This document shows positions 35,875 through 48,569 of a DNA stretch of 51,279 bases, piece by piece. The notes under the pieces were generated by a model. That model searched no databases. It had not been told where the DNA came from and worked only from the letters and a program-made list of their open reading frames with translations. The position numbers and the translations under genes were made by a program. Source of the stretch: Phyllosticta citribraziliensis (Eukaryota); assembly GCF_038025025.1 (NCBI RefSeq), contig NW_027117348.1:1612001-1663279 (forward strand), given 5' to 3'. Position 1 is the first letter of the stretch. Every line of letters begins with the position of its first letter.

Positions 35875-37776
35875 TCATTGCCGAACCCTTTGGTAGCCGT
35901 CCGACTGCGACCAAGTGGATTGCCTTGACGAGCCCTGCTCTTGCAACAGCGTGAGCTCGCTGTAAGAGCGCTGTTGCGTCGACGCCCTCCAAGACCGCAG
36001 GTCGTCTTCCGTCTCGTTCATCCTTTTCAGAACGCGATGCCGCGCCGCCAACTCGCTGGATCCTTGCTGGCGCATGACGAGCTTGCCGACGCGCTTGCTT
36101 TCCGTTCCCGAAATGCTCGACGCCGTTCTGATGCCCGCGGCCCCGTTGCTGCGCAGAATCGAGCCTGCGTCGGTCAAGAGTGACACGGCTGCAAAATCTA
36201 TCACGGCAGGTTGTTCGCATTGCCATTGCATCGCGAAGAGTATAGTGCCTGCAACCAGGATGAGCAAGTGCAAGATGATCCACGTCCGGATTCTTCCAGT
36301 ATCTACGACGGCTTCCATTTCAGGGTAGGGCAGGCTGATGTTGCTCGTGGAACCTCCGGTAGCCAAGCGGTCCACGAGGTCGTTCCAGGACGCTTGGTAC
36401 GCTGCAGAGAACGAGCCTGCGAGAAATCCTTCCAAGTTTTCCCACGTCGGCGCGTACGTCGCGTTGGCAGTGACAATCGCCAACATGGTCTCGGGCAACA
36501 TACCCAACACGATTTCGACAAGAGTGTCTTCCTGCAGAGCAAAGTCTCCCGGCGCATCGCCTGGCCTTTCGACGACACCTGGAGCGACGACCTGGCAGTT
36601 GGAGCATTCCAAGGAGCCCGCTGTGACCTCAACTCGAGCGAAAAGGTAGCAGTTGTTTGGGTCGTTGGAAGCATCCAAATTCTGTTTCACCAAAGGGAGA
36701 GGGCCGAAAGCTGGGCTGGTATTTGCGCAAACCCCATCGGATGCCTGGCTCGCAACCACTGCTATTGTGTAGCCTTCGTCCAAGATTGTCGCGTTCGGCC
36801 AAGTCGACAGCCAAGTTGATGACGGAGCGTTTCGCAGTATCGCAGCGTTTCCGATTAGTGATTTCGCCAGGGGATTGGCGCTTGAGCTCACATTGAAGAG
36901 TCCGTTGTCCATGTCCAAGTAAGGCGCGAAAGAGTCTTGATAGTCGATCCATGTCAAGTTCGTCATGTGGAAGAAGGGAAAGACGGCTTTGCCCACTTTG
37001 GTCTCTGGGGGGAGAGCTTGGTATTCGCCGGAAGCATTCACTTTGCCGTGTTCTTTCATCGCGCTTATCCATCTCCGACTGGGGACATTGTTCCCTCCTC
37101 TTACCGAGTAGAAGTCGCCTGCGAAACCATGAAGAACAGCCAGACCGGAGGCTCGGTATTTGGAGAATCCACGGACATCTGATGAGTTCCGAAATTGGTC
37201 GAACTTGGGGCCATCGTCGGCGGTGTTGACGGTGACGTTGAAGTCTGCGGGATCGAAAAGAGTCTTTGGTCTCCAGCTGATTGCGCCTTGAGCTACTGGA
37301 GAGCTCAGCTGGGCGGGTACGAAGAGGAGGAGAAGCAAAGTCGCCCCCAGCGAGTAGAGGCCGAATCCAGCGGGTCCCTGCTCGTAGCAGAAGAGTCTCT
37401 CGATTTGACGAAGCGTGACCCCACACTTCTCCAACAAGATGAAGACGCTCCGTTGGGCTGCTGTCGCGTTGCAGACGTTCGTGGTGAACCGAGTCACCAC
37501 GAGAGCGGCAGCTATGAGCGTTGTGACATCTGATTGGCGAAGCTTTCCATGGTAGATGTTGTGCGCGATGGACAAACCCGGGGAGTCCAATGGGAAAGAT
37601 TTGCCGTTGAGCTGGAATACCGCGAGCAGGCCAAAAGTGATGACGACAAGAACATGGAGGGCGAAAAAGTACCACGCGCGCACGCAGCGAAAGAAATTCC
37701 GATTTACGGGTTGGTCGCTCGACGTTCGCGGATCAACATGAGTGTCGCTTGATTCCAGCAGCTGGAGTTTCTGCAT
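35875..37776 (-). CDS. Hypothetical integral membrane protein with a large N-glycosylated luminal region
   Basis: ~633-aa intronless ORF: 3 N-terminal hydrophobic helices, many NxS/T sites, one C-terminal TM segment. Confidence 0.75.
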   Translation of the reverse strand: MQKLQLLESSDTHVDPRTSSDQPVNRNFFRCVRAWYFFALHVLVVITFGLLAVFQLNGKSFPLDSPGLSIAHNIYHGKLRQSDVTTLIAAALVVTRFTTNVCNATAAQRSVFILLEKCGVTLRQIERLFCYEQGPAGFGLYSLGATLLLLLFVPAQLSSPVAQGAISWRPKTLFDPADFNVTVNTADDGPKFDQFRNSSDVRGFSKYRASGLAVLHGFAGDFYSVRGGNNVPSRRWISAMKEHGKVNASGEYQALPPETKVGKAVFPFFHMTNLTWIDYQDSFAPYLDMDNGLFNVSSSANPLAKSLIGNAAILRNAPSSTWLSTWPNATILDEGYTIAVVASQASDGVCANTSPAFGPLPLVKQNLDASNDPNNCYLFARVEVTAGSLECSNCQVVAPGVVERPGDAPGDFALQEDTLVEIVLGMLPETMLAIVTANATYAPTWENLEGFLAGSFSAAYQASWNDLVDRLATGGSTSNISLPYPEMEAVVDTGRIRTWIILHLLILVAGTILFAMQWQCEQPAVIDFAAVSLLTDAGSILRSNGAAGIRTASSISGTESKRVGKLVMRQQGSSELAARHRVLKRMNETEDDLRSWRASTQQRSYSELTLLQEQGSSRQSTWSQSDGYQRVRQ

Positions 37777-40222
37777 ACTTTCGGCTTTGACAGAAGCCAC
37801 TCCCACCTGGGAGAGCCGGAGTCATATTCATTTGCGCGCTGCTTACGCTCCGGTCGCTGGTAACCAGGAGTGATGATGGTGGCGCCGCAGCTCAGCGAGT
37901 GGCGGAGCCGGACCAAGCCCGTGCAAATCATCTTACCTGCATCAAGAAGCAGAATCACGACCAAGCAGAGTCAACGTCATGTTGACAAGAAAAGCTCCAG
38001 CTTGCTTGGATTGCGGGGCCGGAGTCCGCTTACTAGAACCGCATGGCGAAGCTGGCACACAGCGAGTCTTTTCGCCAATAAACGCTCAAGAAGATTGTTG
38101 CAGCAACGCACACACAAAGGCCGCAGATAGCAAGGTGAGATTGATGCATGCGATGTGTAGATGTTGCCATTGACAGAAAATAGCCCCCATCGAGCTTGCG
38201 CGACAAGTTGTCAGCAGAATACGCGTCCACGTCCCCTCTTGCTGTGGCGGAGCCTCTTTTTGTGCCAGAAGCCTCGCGTTCCATTCGCGGACAAGAGACC
38301 GACGCCTGCTCAACGCTGTTGGACCAACTGTGCTGTTTCCACCCACGTGGCGCGTTTGGGGGCTGGCCGAAATTCCTGGGCAGCGCGCGATTGCTCCACT
38401 TAGGACGAGGCTGTTGAATCCGAAGGCCTAGCTGAGATCAACCGCACGTTAGCAACGCCGGCAGATTGAGAGGGCAATTTTCGCTCGTTACCCGGGTGCG
38501 TCTCGCCAAAGCCAGGCGCACCATGATGATTCCAGCAAACGCCTTGGAATTTTCCAGTCCATCTTCGCGCCATCTCGAAGCAGTCAAGCTTTTGCGCTGT
38601 TTGGCGCAGAGTCTGGGCCTCCGGCCTGGACTTGGGCGATGCACGTGAAAGCGCCAACTGCCGTGCGTGATCTTTCTGGAAGCTGTCAGGCCCAAACAAT
38701 TGATGGCGGGCGGCGACACAAGCTCCGGTCTCAGGTTGGATTGAAGGTGGGTGCACATGGTGAATCGAAGGCGATGGCAGGCATTGTTCGACGCGCTGTG
38801 GCGAAACTCCCCGCAGAATCGTTGACGAACGACCAGTCCGAACTGGCAATCAAACAGGTGCCTGCCAACGGCTTCGTGAGCGAGCGAAGATGGGACACCG
38901 TCTTTTTTGTTGCGCTGCTTGTTGGAGAGGCGGGTTTGCTCTGGAAGAGAGGAGAGGTCCAACCAGTTGTTGTTGTCCCCAGAGAGCACCAAGGCCCAAA
39001 TTCGCCTAGCGCCGTCGGCCGGGCCCACAACGTTGCCCGCAACCTTGAGTCTATCCACACCCTTCCTCGTCCACATCTTCATCCTCACCTCTTCAAAAAT
39101 CACGCACCGACAGTCTGTTCAACGGCACCGAGCGTTCGCCTTGTCATGGTCACCACGTTCCGGCCGTCGGCAATCAGACTACCGGCGACGCCTGTCTGCT
39201 ATTCCATGTCGACAGCCGGCAAGGACGCAGTCAGTCTATCCAAGTCGGTACAAGCGCTGAGATGATGCGATGGGAAAGCTGGGCCGTGGGCAAACCCAAA
39301 ATCAACTCGGATTTTCGTGTCCGACGTTAGCGTCCTCTGGGTCAGAAAGCCGGCGGGTCGGGAGGTTGGGGCTACAGGTTGGAGCGGTCCAAAAATCGGG
39401 AGAGGCAAATGTACACACCTGTCTGAGACAAGAACATTGACTTGCGACACAGCTCGCCATGGTCACGCTTCATGTCCACGTTGTCGAATTTGATTTCCAA
39501 AGTGGCACTGCACAAAGTCTCGAATCCGACCGAAAGCTGCATGAAACCGCATCAAATTTGCTCTCGCGCTCGCAGGAAACTCTGGCCGTGGAGTGGGATA
39601 CTGGAAGACCCCAGAGGCTCCTTTGAATTGAGCACGCGCTCACTCTCACCGCATTTTGGCTGCTGCAGCGCCGTTGACAGCGGCTCAATCTTCGTCGCTG
39701 CGGCTCATGCAGACCGGCCGTCTGCGACGCCCTAGTGCGCTCCATCGACATTTTGAATTCCTGAGACACTGAATCTGCTCCGGATTGGGCGACTCCGCTC
39801 ATGCGTGGACACGGTCAACGTCTGATGTCGAGGACGCTCCTCAATCTGCAGCACTTGGCATCGTTCCCAGCCAACTTTCATTGGCTCGAAATTGAAGCGA
39901 TGGACAGACCTAGATCCATTTGTACTGGTGTATTTTTTGGGCAAGCAAGAGCTACTGCGGGTGTTAAGTTTCATCGTCGTAGATGGCAGGTTTGATTTTG
40001 CCCCACAAATTTGCGTCGCTCATTGAAAGGACCATCTGAGAAGGTTTTAATCGCAATGAAATGGAACTAGACCACCAGCGTCCCTTCTTTAACGACACCT
40101 AGCGCCCACATGTGAAGAGCGACCATTCCATTCGTTTTGCCCCGGACTGATCGAACTGAAGAGTTGTCTGGTACAACTCCAACTCTTTTTCATCTTGAGC
40201 GCCTTCGCCGCCGGTGACGAGC

Positions 40223-42711
40223 ATGGCCAGCAAGCAAGCAAAATCTTCGGCGGTGGATGTGGGGGAGCGCGATCGGATCAGGAGATTGACGCCGGTTGAG
40301 GAGCTTCAAACTCGACTGACATCTTGGGATGGCACCGCGGACCGCATGGCTGATCCCAACTACCCAGAACCTGATGACGAAAAGGCAACAGCAGAGGTGG
40401 TCGACGAAAAGGGACTGACAGAAACTGGAACCGAAGAAGAGGAAAATTCCCCATACCCGGAAGTTCGTGCGGCTGTCCCAAATGTCGATGAAGACATGCC
40501 TGCAAATACGATTCGCGCGTGGACACTCGGCCTGCTGCTTACTGTTTTTGGAGCCAGCGTCAACACCATCTTCTCCCTCCGTCAGCCCGCCATTAGTATT
40601 GGAACCATTGTGGCACAGCTCATCTCCTACTTTCTGGGAAACCTGTGGGCGAGGTTCCTGCCTGACAAGCAGTACACGACTTTTGGCATCAAGTGGAATC
40701 TCAATCCGGGCCCCTTCAATGTCAAAGAGCATTCGATTATCGTCGTCATGGCCGGTGTTTCTTACGGCGTCGCATACGCTACCGACATCATCCTAGCCCA
40801 AGTGAGCTTCTACAAGCAGGACTTTGGTATTCTTTTCCAGCTGCTTCTGATCATCACCACCCAAAGCCTTGGATACGGGATCGCGGGGATGCTGCGCAAG
40901 TTTCTCGTGTATCCCGCTGCTATGATTTGGCCTGTCAACCTCGTGGGTGTGAGCCTGATGCACGCCATGCACGAGAAGGAGGTCACGGTCGACCCAACGA
41001 TCCCAAAGATTTTTGGAGGAGCCATGTCGCGGTATAGGTGGTTTGGCATCATGTTCTTGATATCCTTTGCGTATTACTTCATCCCGGGATTTCTGGCACA
41101 ATTCCTGAGCATCTTTGCCTTCATGACGTGGATCTACCCAAACAACCCCGTGGTGAACCAGATCTTCGGCGGCTCGACAGGATTGTCTCTGATACCCATC
41201 ACCTTCGACTGGACACAAATCACGGGTTTCGTTGGCGACCCTCTCATTCCGCCGTGGCACGCCATTGCAAACACCCTCATCGGTGTTGTTGCATTCTACA
41301 TTTTCGGAGCCCTCGGCCTGCATTACGGAGGCGCTTTCTATGCCAAGTTTCTACCGATGAGCGACTCTTCGACCTACGATAACACTGGCGCGCCGTACAA
41401 CACCTCTCTGATCGTTACCGACCGACTCACGCTGAATGAAGCCGCATACAAACAATACTCGCCACTCTTCATCTCCACGACGTTTGCCATCAGCTACGGA
41501 CTGTCATTTGCTACGATCGCGTCTCTCGTGGTGTACGTCTTTTTGCATTACCGCAAGCAAATTTGGAAGCAGTTCAGGAGCTCTACAATCGAGGAGCCCG
41601 ATGTCCACGCAAAGATGATGATGAAGTACAAGGAGGCTCCGCACTGGTGGTACGGCGCGCTCTTTGTCTTCATGATTGGCCTTTCGCTCGTCACGATTCT
41701 GGCGTTCCCCACCGAGTTCGCCTGGTGGGCGTTCTTGATCGCCATCGTCCTCTCGACGGCCTTTACTCTCCCAATCGGTATCATCCAGGCCATCACGAAC
41801 CAGCAGATTGGCCTCAATGTCATTACCGAATTTTTGATGGGGTACATGCAGCCCGGACGCCCTCTCGCGCTCATGATGTTCAAGACGTACGGGTACATCA
41901 CCATGTCCCAGGCATTGAGCTTCGTTAGCGATTTGAAATTGTAAGTCTTGAAAGGCCCCGCGTGTTCTTGCGACAACTACTCACCCCGTCCAATGCAGTG
42001 GCCACTACATGAAGATTCCTCCCCGGACCATGTTCACCGCCCAAGTCGTAGCCACAACCGTCGCGTGTTTCGTCCAGATCGCCGTCCTCAACTTTGCGCT
42101 CAACAACATCGAAGACGTCTGCACTCCGCAACAGCCGCAAAAGTTCTCCTGCCCCGGCGGCAGAGTTTTCTTCTCGGCTTCAATCATTTGGGGACTGCTT
42201 GGACCGCAGCGCATCTTCTCCCCGGGCCAAGTCTACAATGCTTTGTTCTGGTTCTTCCCGCTGGGATTCATCCTCCCCATCATTTTCTGGTACGTGGCCA
42301 AGAAGTGGCCCAGGTCAGGAGCGCGATACCTGATGGCACCGCTCATCCTCGGGGGTGCTGGACTCATTCCTCCTGCGACGCCGCTCAACTACTTGTCGTG
42401 GGGCGCGGTCGGATTTGTTTTCCAGAAATACATTAGGTCGAGACACTGGAACTGGTGGTCGCGGCTCAACTACATGACGGCAATTGGCTTGGACACAGGC
42501 CTTGCGATCGCTACGCTCGTCATCTTTTTCGCCTTCACGATGCCCGGAGTGGAAGCGCCGCAGTGGTGGTAAGTTGAACGACTCGAGTCTGAGCGATAGC
42601 TGACGATTTCGCAGGGGAAACACCGTCGTCCAAACGACAATGGACGCTCAGGACACAGCAATACAAGCGCAGGTTGCTCCTGGCCAGCATTTTGGGCCAG
42701 ACACGTGGTGA
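40223..42711 (+). CDS. OPT-family oligopeptide transporter (Isp4/Opt-like); introns 41941-41998 and ~42569-42614
   Basis: OPT signatures ENSPYPEVRAAV, NPGPFNVKEH, GLNVITE, DLKFGHYMKIPPR (across the splice junction). Confidence 0.95.
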
Positions 42712-43517
42712 TCCAAAAAGAAGCTCTCCGTTGGTGTTTCTTTTCCTTCTTATCTTTCCGTAATTCTTGATGGACATGTATCTTGCGCCGCGCTTTGAAA
42801 GCCGGACCTTTTTGCCCATAATATCACCATGTTCAAGAACACACGGCGGAGGCTTTCACCTTCGATTGAAGCGTCAACTCTAGTTAGGTCAAATTCACCG
42901 ACTGTCTGTTTTTGCTCGTTGCGATTCTCCACAGCTCGACGATCCAGCGTCATCAATGTGGGACAAACCTTTCTTTTTTAGCGGCCACAGACGCGGTGTT
43001 TGCTCAAGGCCAGGGAGGAGGCGAGAATGTCACAGGATGTGTTCCTCTCGCATTGTAGGGTAGGCCGAAAATGCGAAGCACGGCCACGCCCAGACGAACC
43101 GTGTGTGCACTTGTTCCATTCAGCCTGGCGGGCTTGGGAAGAATTGGTTTCGCTGACCCGCCTTGGCAATACTTTGTCAAGCGCAGGCGGCGGACCAGCG
43201 GACCGCGTTTTGCGCTGGCCAATTTTCCACGTATCACCAGGGGCCAGAGCCGCCACGCCAAGACAGTGGTACAATTGGACCTCTGCGGCGCCGCATGACA
43301 CCAGAATAGATACGGAGAGATGTCCCTTTGCGCCTGCATGGCGTTTGTGAAAGTGCACTTAGAGAAGTCTTCTGGAGACATCACAAACCCGTCAGTATTT
43401 GTGGGATTGGAAATTCGCGAAGACTTTTGTTTCGTTGTGATTCACACTCGGCGAGGTATTATACTACGCTTGCTTACCATGGCATGCTACAAACTCCCCC
43501 AATGGCACGACACGAGC

Positions 43518-44636
43518 TCATTCGCCAGAGGGTCCCGTGAGGACCGTTCCCAGCGCCGCTGCAGTGCCAAAGTTAGGCGAGCCGTCCGAGTTCCAATTGA
43601 CAATTTGGGCCGACGTGTATCTGTTGCCATCACAAGTGCCAGCGGAGTTGGACGTCGCGTGGTAGACGTTCCAGATTTCCGTTCCATCGGGGCTCGTGAA
43701 GAATCTGCTCACTGAATCAGTTTCAAATCCCGAAAATTGGGAAGATGCAGCCGTTTTTCCAGTGCAAAGAAGACGAGGACACGTACCCATTGTGACCGGT
43801 GCCGTAGTTGCCATTCGCAGAGCTAAAGACTGGACCCGACTTGGCCCAGCTGCTTGCAGACGTCGGGTCTCCGCTACCGTCCCACGTCAACAAGCCCAAC
43901 TGGTAGCTCGCCGTCCAGCAGTAGCTAGCAGAATACGCAATGTACGTCTTGCCGCCGTGGTACAACGCTGCAGGCCCTTCGTTGACCGGAGTGTCGACAA
44001 TTTCCCAGTCCTCGGTGGGCTCAGAGATGACGGTTGTCGCGCCGAGTTCTCCGGGCGAAGTGAGCGGCGCAATGCACAAGGACTGCAGGTTATTCGTGCT
44101 GAAGCAGGAATACGCAAAGTAGTTTCCTGACGTGAAGCGGACGACAGTGCCGTCGATCCCCCAAACGTCAGTCAGCTGGGCGAGGTATGAAAAGTCATCA
44201 TCCCAAGGACTGGCTCCGCCTGTTTTCCGGAGAGGTCAGCGGTTGCGATGTAGCATTTTGAGCAAAGGGTCTTCTTACCCTGTAGCACGTGAGCTCTTTG
44301 CAAGTCCAAGTTCTCCGAAGATCCGGCTGTGTAATAGATATACCAGGAGTTGTCGATGTAATGGAGCTCAGGCGCCCAAACGTTGCAGCAGCGGCTGGCC
44401 GTGGTGTCGGTCCAAACAGTCTTCCTCTCTCCGGTTTTCAGGCCTTCCAGAGTCGTCGCGCGAGTGATTTCGAGGTCGGTCCATGTCGTAGTCATAAGAT
44501 AGTAGTACCCGCCAGTCCATGCTATGTGAGGGTCGGATCCATCAGTGTCCCTGAGCGCATTGGAATAGGTCGCGGCGCGGGCGACGGCGGCAAAAGCCAG
44601 AAGGCTTTGGCAAATCAGACGAGCAATCGACCGCAT
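43518..44636 (-). CDS. Secreted glycoside hydrolase family 43 (alpha-L-arabinofuranosidase-like); introns 44220-44278 and 43705-43786
   Basis: Signal peptide; GH43 motifs GSDPHI, VWAPELH, WGIDGT, VNEGP, YSASYCW, GTGHNGFF. Confidence 0.93.
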
Positions 44637-45074
44637 TTTGCGTTGGGATAGAAATGGATCAAATTGATGACATTTGACAAGGTACAAAAGGAAACACAGC
44701 TTTATACGTCGACAGCGAAGGGGCAGAGTAGTTCCGCACAACCGTGCCCAGGGCAATGCTCCAGAGAACCCACCTGCTGTCCGACTACCAAATGGCCACT
44801 ACAGTCTCCGCACGTCCGTTGCGTCGCTTCATCGTTCTTGATGATTGGTGCTCGTTCACACAAGCCTCCTTGGGCAACAGTCCCGTTTCAGATAGGTGGA
44901 TACCTCGTTCGCTTCGAATTGGCCGTTTGACGTCTCTGGGTAGGCAATGTGCGCATTCAAGATAGGTGGAAAAGCACCAATCACGAGTTTGGCTGGCCAA
45001 AAGCAGGAGGCGGGGGCATTCGTGGCGGCCGACCACCAGTTTTCCCACTGCAAGCCCTTCTGCTTCTGGTCATT

Positions 45075-45081
45075 GGCTAAA
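45075..45081. promoter_or_regulatory. Possible XlnR site (GGCTAAA) upstream of the GH43 gene
   Basis: Consensus match ~440 bp upstream of a hemicellulase gene; short motif, could be chance. Confidence 0.3.
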
Positions 45082-46714
45082 TCCGCTCCATATCGGCAAA
45101 TATGCGTGTACATCGGGGCGGCCCGTACCATAACGGAACAATTGCTCTCTCACTATCGCTTGGAGACTCGGCTTCAACAACCCCTTTCGGCAGGAGATCG
45201 TATTCGGTAACATGCTGCACTACATCCACGGTCAGTCCGCTCCTCGAATCTGTCACATACCAGAGCCGAGGGTAAAACACGCAGGGCGATTCCTATTCGA
45301 GTCTTGCATGTGCAGACCAAAAGTCACGACCGGAAGTCACAACAACTCGAAGAAATAACGGCGGTTTCAGCGCGGGCTGTGGCGGTCTCCACGATGAAGC
45401 CGCGTCTTTGAGGGAAGGCAAGATAGCGGAGCGCTGGCAAGATTCCAAGATTGTGCAGAAACCTCGAATGCTGTGTGGAGTCGACCTCCCAGGGACAGGG
45501 CGCTATGGCACGAGCGGACGAAGGGGGCCATTCGCTGTGCAATTGTGCGCAATTCATCTTTGCAAGATCTTTCGTCCGACTTTGATCCCAGAAGACAGCA
45601 AGATCAGCTATCCCTCGCCTCAGTGTCTCCCTTCTGATCTGCGAGCGCCGTGTCCCAATATCGAAGGTATCTCGGGCTGGAGACGTTTGACCGTGCTCAC
45701 TCGATGATCGACATGGTGCGAGTTCTGCTGCGACGGTTGGCGGGCTGCGGCTGACGGCTGGTTGCAAATGAAAGGAACGGCGAGTGTATTGTTGAGCACT
45801 GGCTGCTGGTCGCTGCCGAGGATGGGTCGCGTTTGGAGTGTCGCGTTCGGGAGGCAGTGCGTGGGAATTGGGAAGTAGTCAGTGAAAGCCGTACGAATGC
45901 TCGTGAAGCGCATCAGGCCTGAGCAAAATGTAGACAGGATGCTGGACGGATGTAGAGCAGTGACTGTCGCGGGAAAGAATGTTGTCTCCGCCGTCGCGGG
46001 TGGTGAACCATGGCTCGGGGCCCGCCCGCGGGCCATCCTTGCGCCTCCGCTCCGGTCACCGCTTGCCTGCCGCTGTGGCGAAGTCTCTCCGCTCCGCTCC
46101 GCCCCGCCCGCCCTGCTTCCATCGCTTCCCACCAACGTCTCGTTCTACTGTCGCAACACTCAACTCGCACGCGACACGATTGATGAAATGACGGGCCAGA
46201 CAACGAACAGAATATTTTTCTTCAACTCCAGCTGAGATTGTGAGATGTCCAGCGCCCGGCACTTTCCCACGGCCTTGCCTGGCTGACCTACCGCCCTCCG
46301 TCCGCCATGTTGTCCCGCAATGCAGACCGCTGCCCCCGCCGATGTTCTGGACGCCACCAACGTCCGGGAGGACAATCAGCACATCCTTCCGACGAAATTC
46401 GCGATGTACTCGGGAAGATTTACGGCCTCGTTCTGCTCTCCCATCATCGGCCGTCGTGGAATCTGAGCAAAGCGTACTGAACAAGTCACGTTGTTTCCGA
46501 TCAAAGCTGTATTGGAGTCTGCGCCGTCGCAAAAGATTCATTTGAACGAGTGACTAGCTGCGGGAAAGCAACGAGAACGAAAGAAACCGAAACACCACGC
46601 GCAACGCTTTTCTCGAGGGTTTCTCGGTTGTTACTTGAGCCACGCACCGCCTGTGAACTAAACAAGACGCTGCTCGAGGCAAAAAATGCTGCCATGGCTC
46701 AGCCTGTCCTGATC

Positions 46715-47420
46715 TCAATTGGGACGGCGTCGGCCACCATTGTTGCCTCCCTTACCCTTGCCACCCTGTTTTCCACCCTTTTTTCCACCCTTTCCACGGT
46801 TGTTGTTGTTGTTGTTGTTGGCGCGGGCCTCGACTAGGGGACTATCCTTGTCGTCCTCGCCGGCCTGAAGAGAGCGCTTGTCGTCACGGTTCCTCTCGGC
46901 CTCTTGCTTCCTCCTCTGCTCGTCCTCCTTCTGCTGCTGCTGTTCCTGCTTGCGCCTCTGCGCGTCATCCTTGGCCTGCTGCTGCTCCTGCTTGCGTCTT
47001 TGCTGGTCTTCCTTTTCCTGCTTTTTCTCTTGCTCACGTCTCTCTTCATCCTCCTCCTGCTGCTTCTGCTGTTGCTTGCGTCTCTGTTCGTCCTCCTTCT
47101 CTTGCTGTTGCTGCTGCTTGCGTCGTTGCTGGTCTTCCTTCTGTTGCTGTTGCTGCCTGCGCCTTTCTTCTTCCTCGTCATAGTCGTCGCGGGCCTTGAG
47201 TGCGAGAGGGCCGTCATGGGAGTTTCCGACGCTCTTCATGTCTCTCTTCACGAGCTCGTTGACAGCGAGAGGATGACCAACGCCGGTGCTCTCCGGTACA
47301 GGAGCTGGCAAAGCGCCAACCATGGCACTGAAAGCAGTCAGCAACGTTCCAATTCAGAACTCAAAAGGCGACATACCTTGCCGACGCAAGGGTAATCAGG
47401 ACGGTGCAGGAGAAGCGCAT
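46715..47420 (-). CDS. Secreted 218-aa precursor with Kex2-type sites, 14-aa Q/E/R/K repeats and a Gly/Lys-rich tail; intron 47328-47376
   Basis: MRFSCTVLITLASASAMVGALPAP signal peptide after splicing GTATGT...GCTGAC...TTTCAG; TATAAA-like box at ~47514-47519 on the - strand. Confidence 0.8.
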
Positions 47421-48569
47421 GTTGATGGTTTGTGTGTTGGTTCTTGTTGTTGACTGTGTGTTGGTGTGTTTTTTGCTTGACTGACTGAACGAAAGCCGTG
47501 GCCAAGGGTGGGCTTTATACCCCATCTTGCCCATGATTCTACCGCCATCTCTTGGTACTGTGTCTCGATTCGGCGTCGAAGGATTGCATCAGGCGAAGAC
47601 CCTACATTGACCGCGCAGCCAGTCTCGACCTTGGTCGCAATGATCACGCATACAGTGGCTGCGCATGTTCTCGGAGCGCGAGCGCCGAGCATGTTTCCAA
47701 GAGCCCACGACACGCCGGCAAGAATTGGCTCCCCGAATCAATGCCGCCCGGAGGTGTTTCGAAGCGGTTGGCCCTCTGGTCCAGAACACGACGCCGGAGC
47801 GGCATTTGAAACGTGTGGCTCAGGAAGACGACTCTGGAAGCAGAGATGGCAGCTCAACTTTGTAGCGTTTCCGCAGTGTCTCGCTGCGCTTTCTCGACCA
47901 GCACTATGCTGCGGTCAATCTCCTTGAGAAATTGGAGTATCGACGCTTCATATCCGAGGATCACCAAAAGCTGCTCCGACACGGATGGAGTGGTTGGGCG
48001 ACAGGGGAAATCTTTATCTTCGCTTCCAAGTTTCGGTCTGCTGGTGCGTCGCCGACGTTTGACGCCTTGCGCATTTCGGCACGGGACATGTACCAAACAA
48101 CTTCTCGCTCAATTGAACGCGTCCAATGCAGGCAAATTTCTCGAACACCTCAACATTTTTGTTTCCTGGCAAGGCTGCATCGGCCTCGACCAGTGCCCCT
48201 GCCAAGTTGCACTGCCGGCTGTCTAGATTACGCATGTTGCATCTTCCGGCCACACCCGCGACAAGAATTCGCTCGGTGTCTCGTGTTACTGACCAGTTTA
48301 GAATAGTCTGGAAGAACTGAGTCTATGCCTCCCATGCCGCCTTCCGCGCGTTCGGCATCCCGCCGCCGCTCATCGATGAAACAAAAAAACCAAGGCTCGC
48401 AGCGACAAGATGTGACGGTCGCAGTCGTATGGAGCGACTTGGAAAGCCACAATCTGCTCCGCTTGAGAGCGATGAGTAGTGCTCCGGTCGTCCGCAGTAT
48501 CAAAAAACGACGTCGAAGTCCCGCCCGATATAGAACCGTTGTGTGTGCTATACCTACATATAGCCTATT

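Noticed and set aside
38438..39265. Overlapping 221-aa (-) and 208-aa (+) ORFs upstream of the OPT gene
   Set aside because: No recognisable domain, splice structure or strand preference; cannot be called without a homology search.
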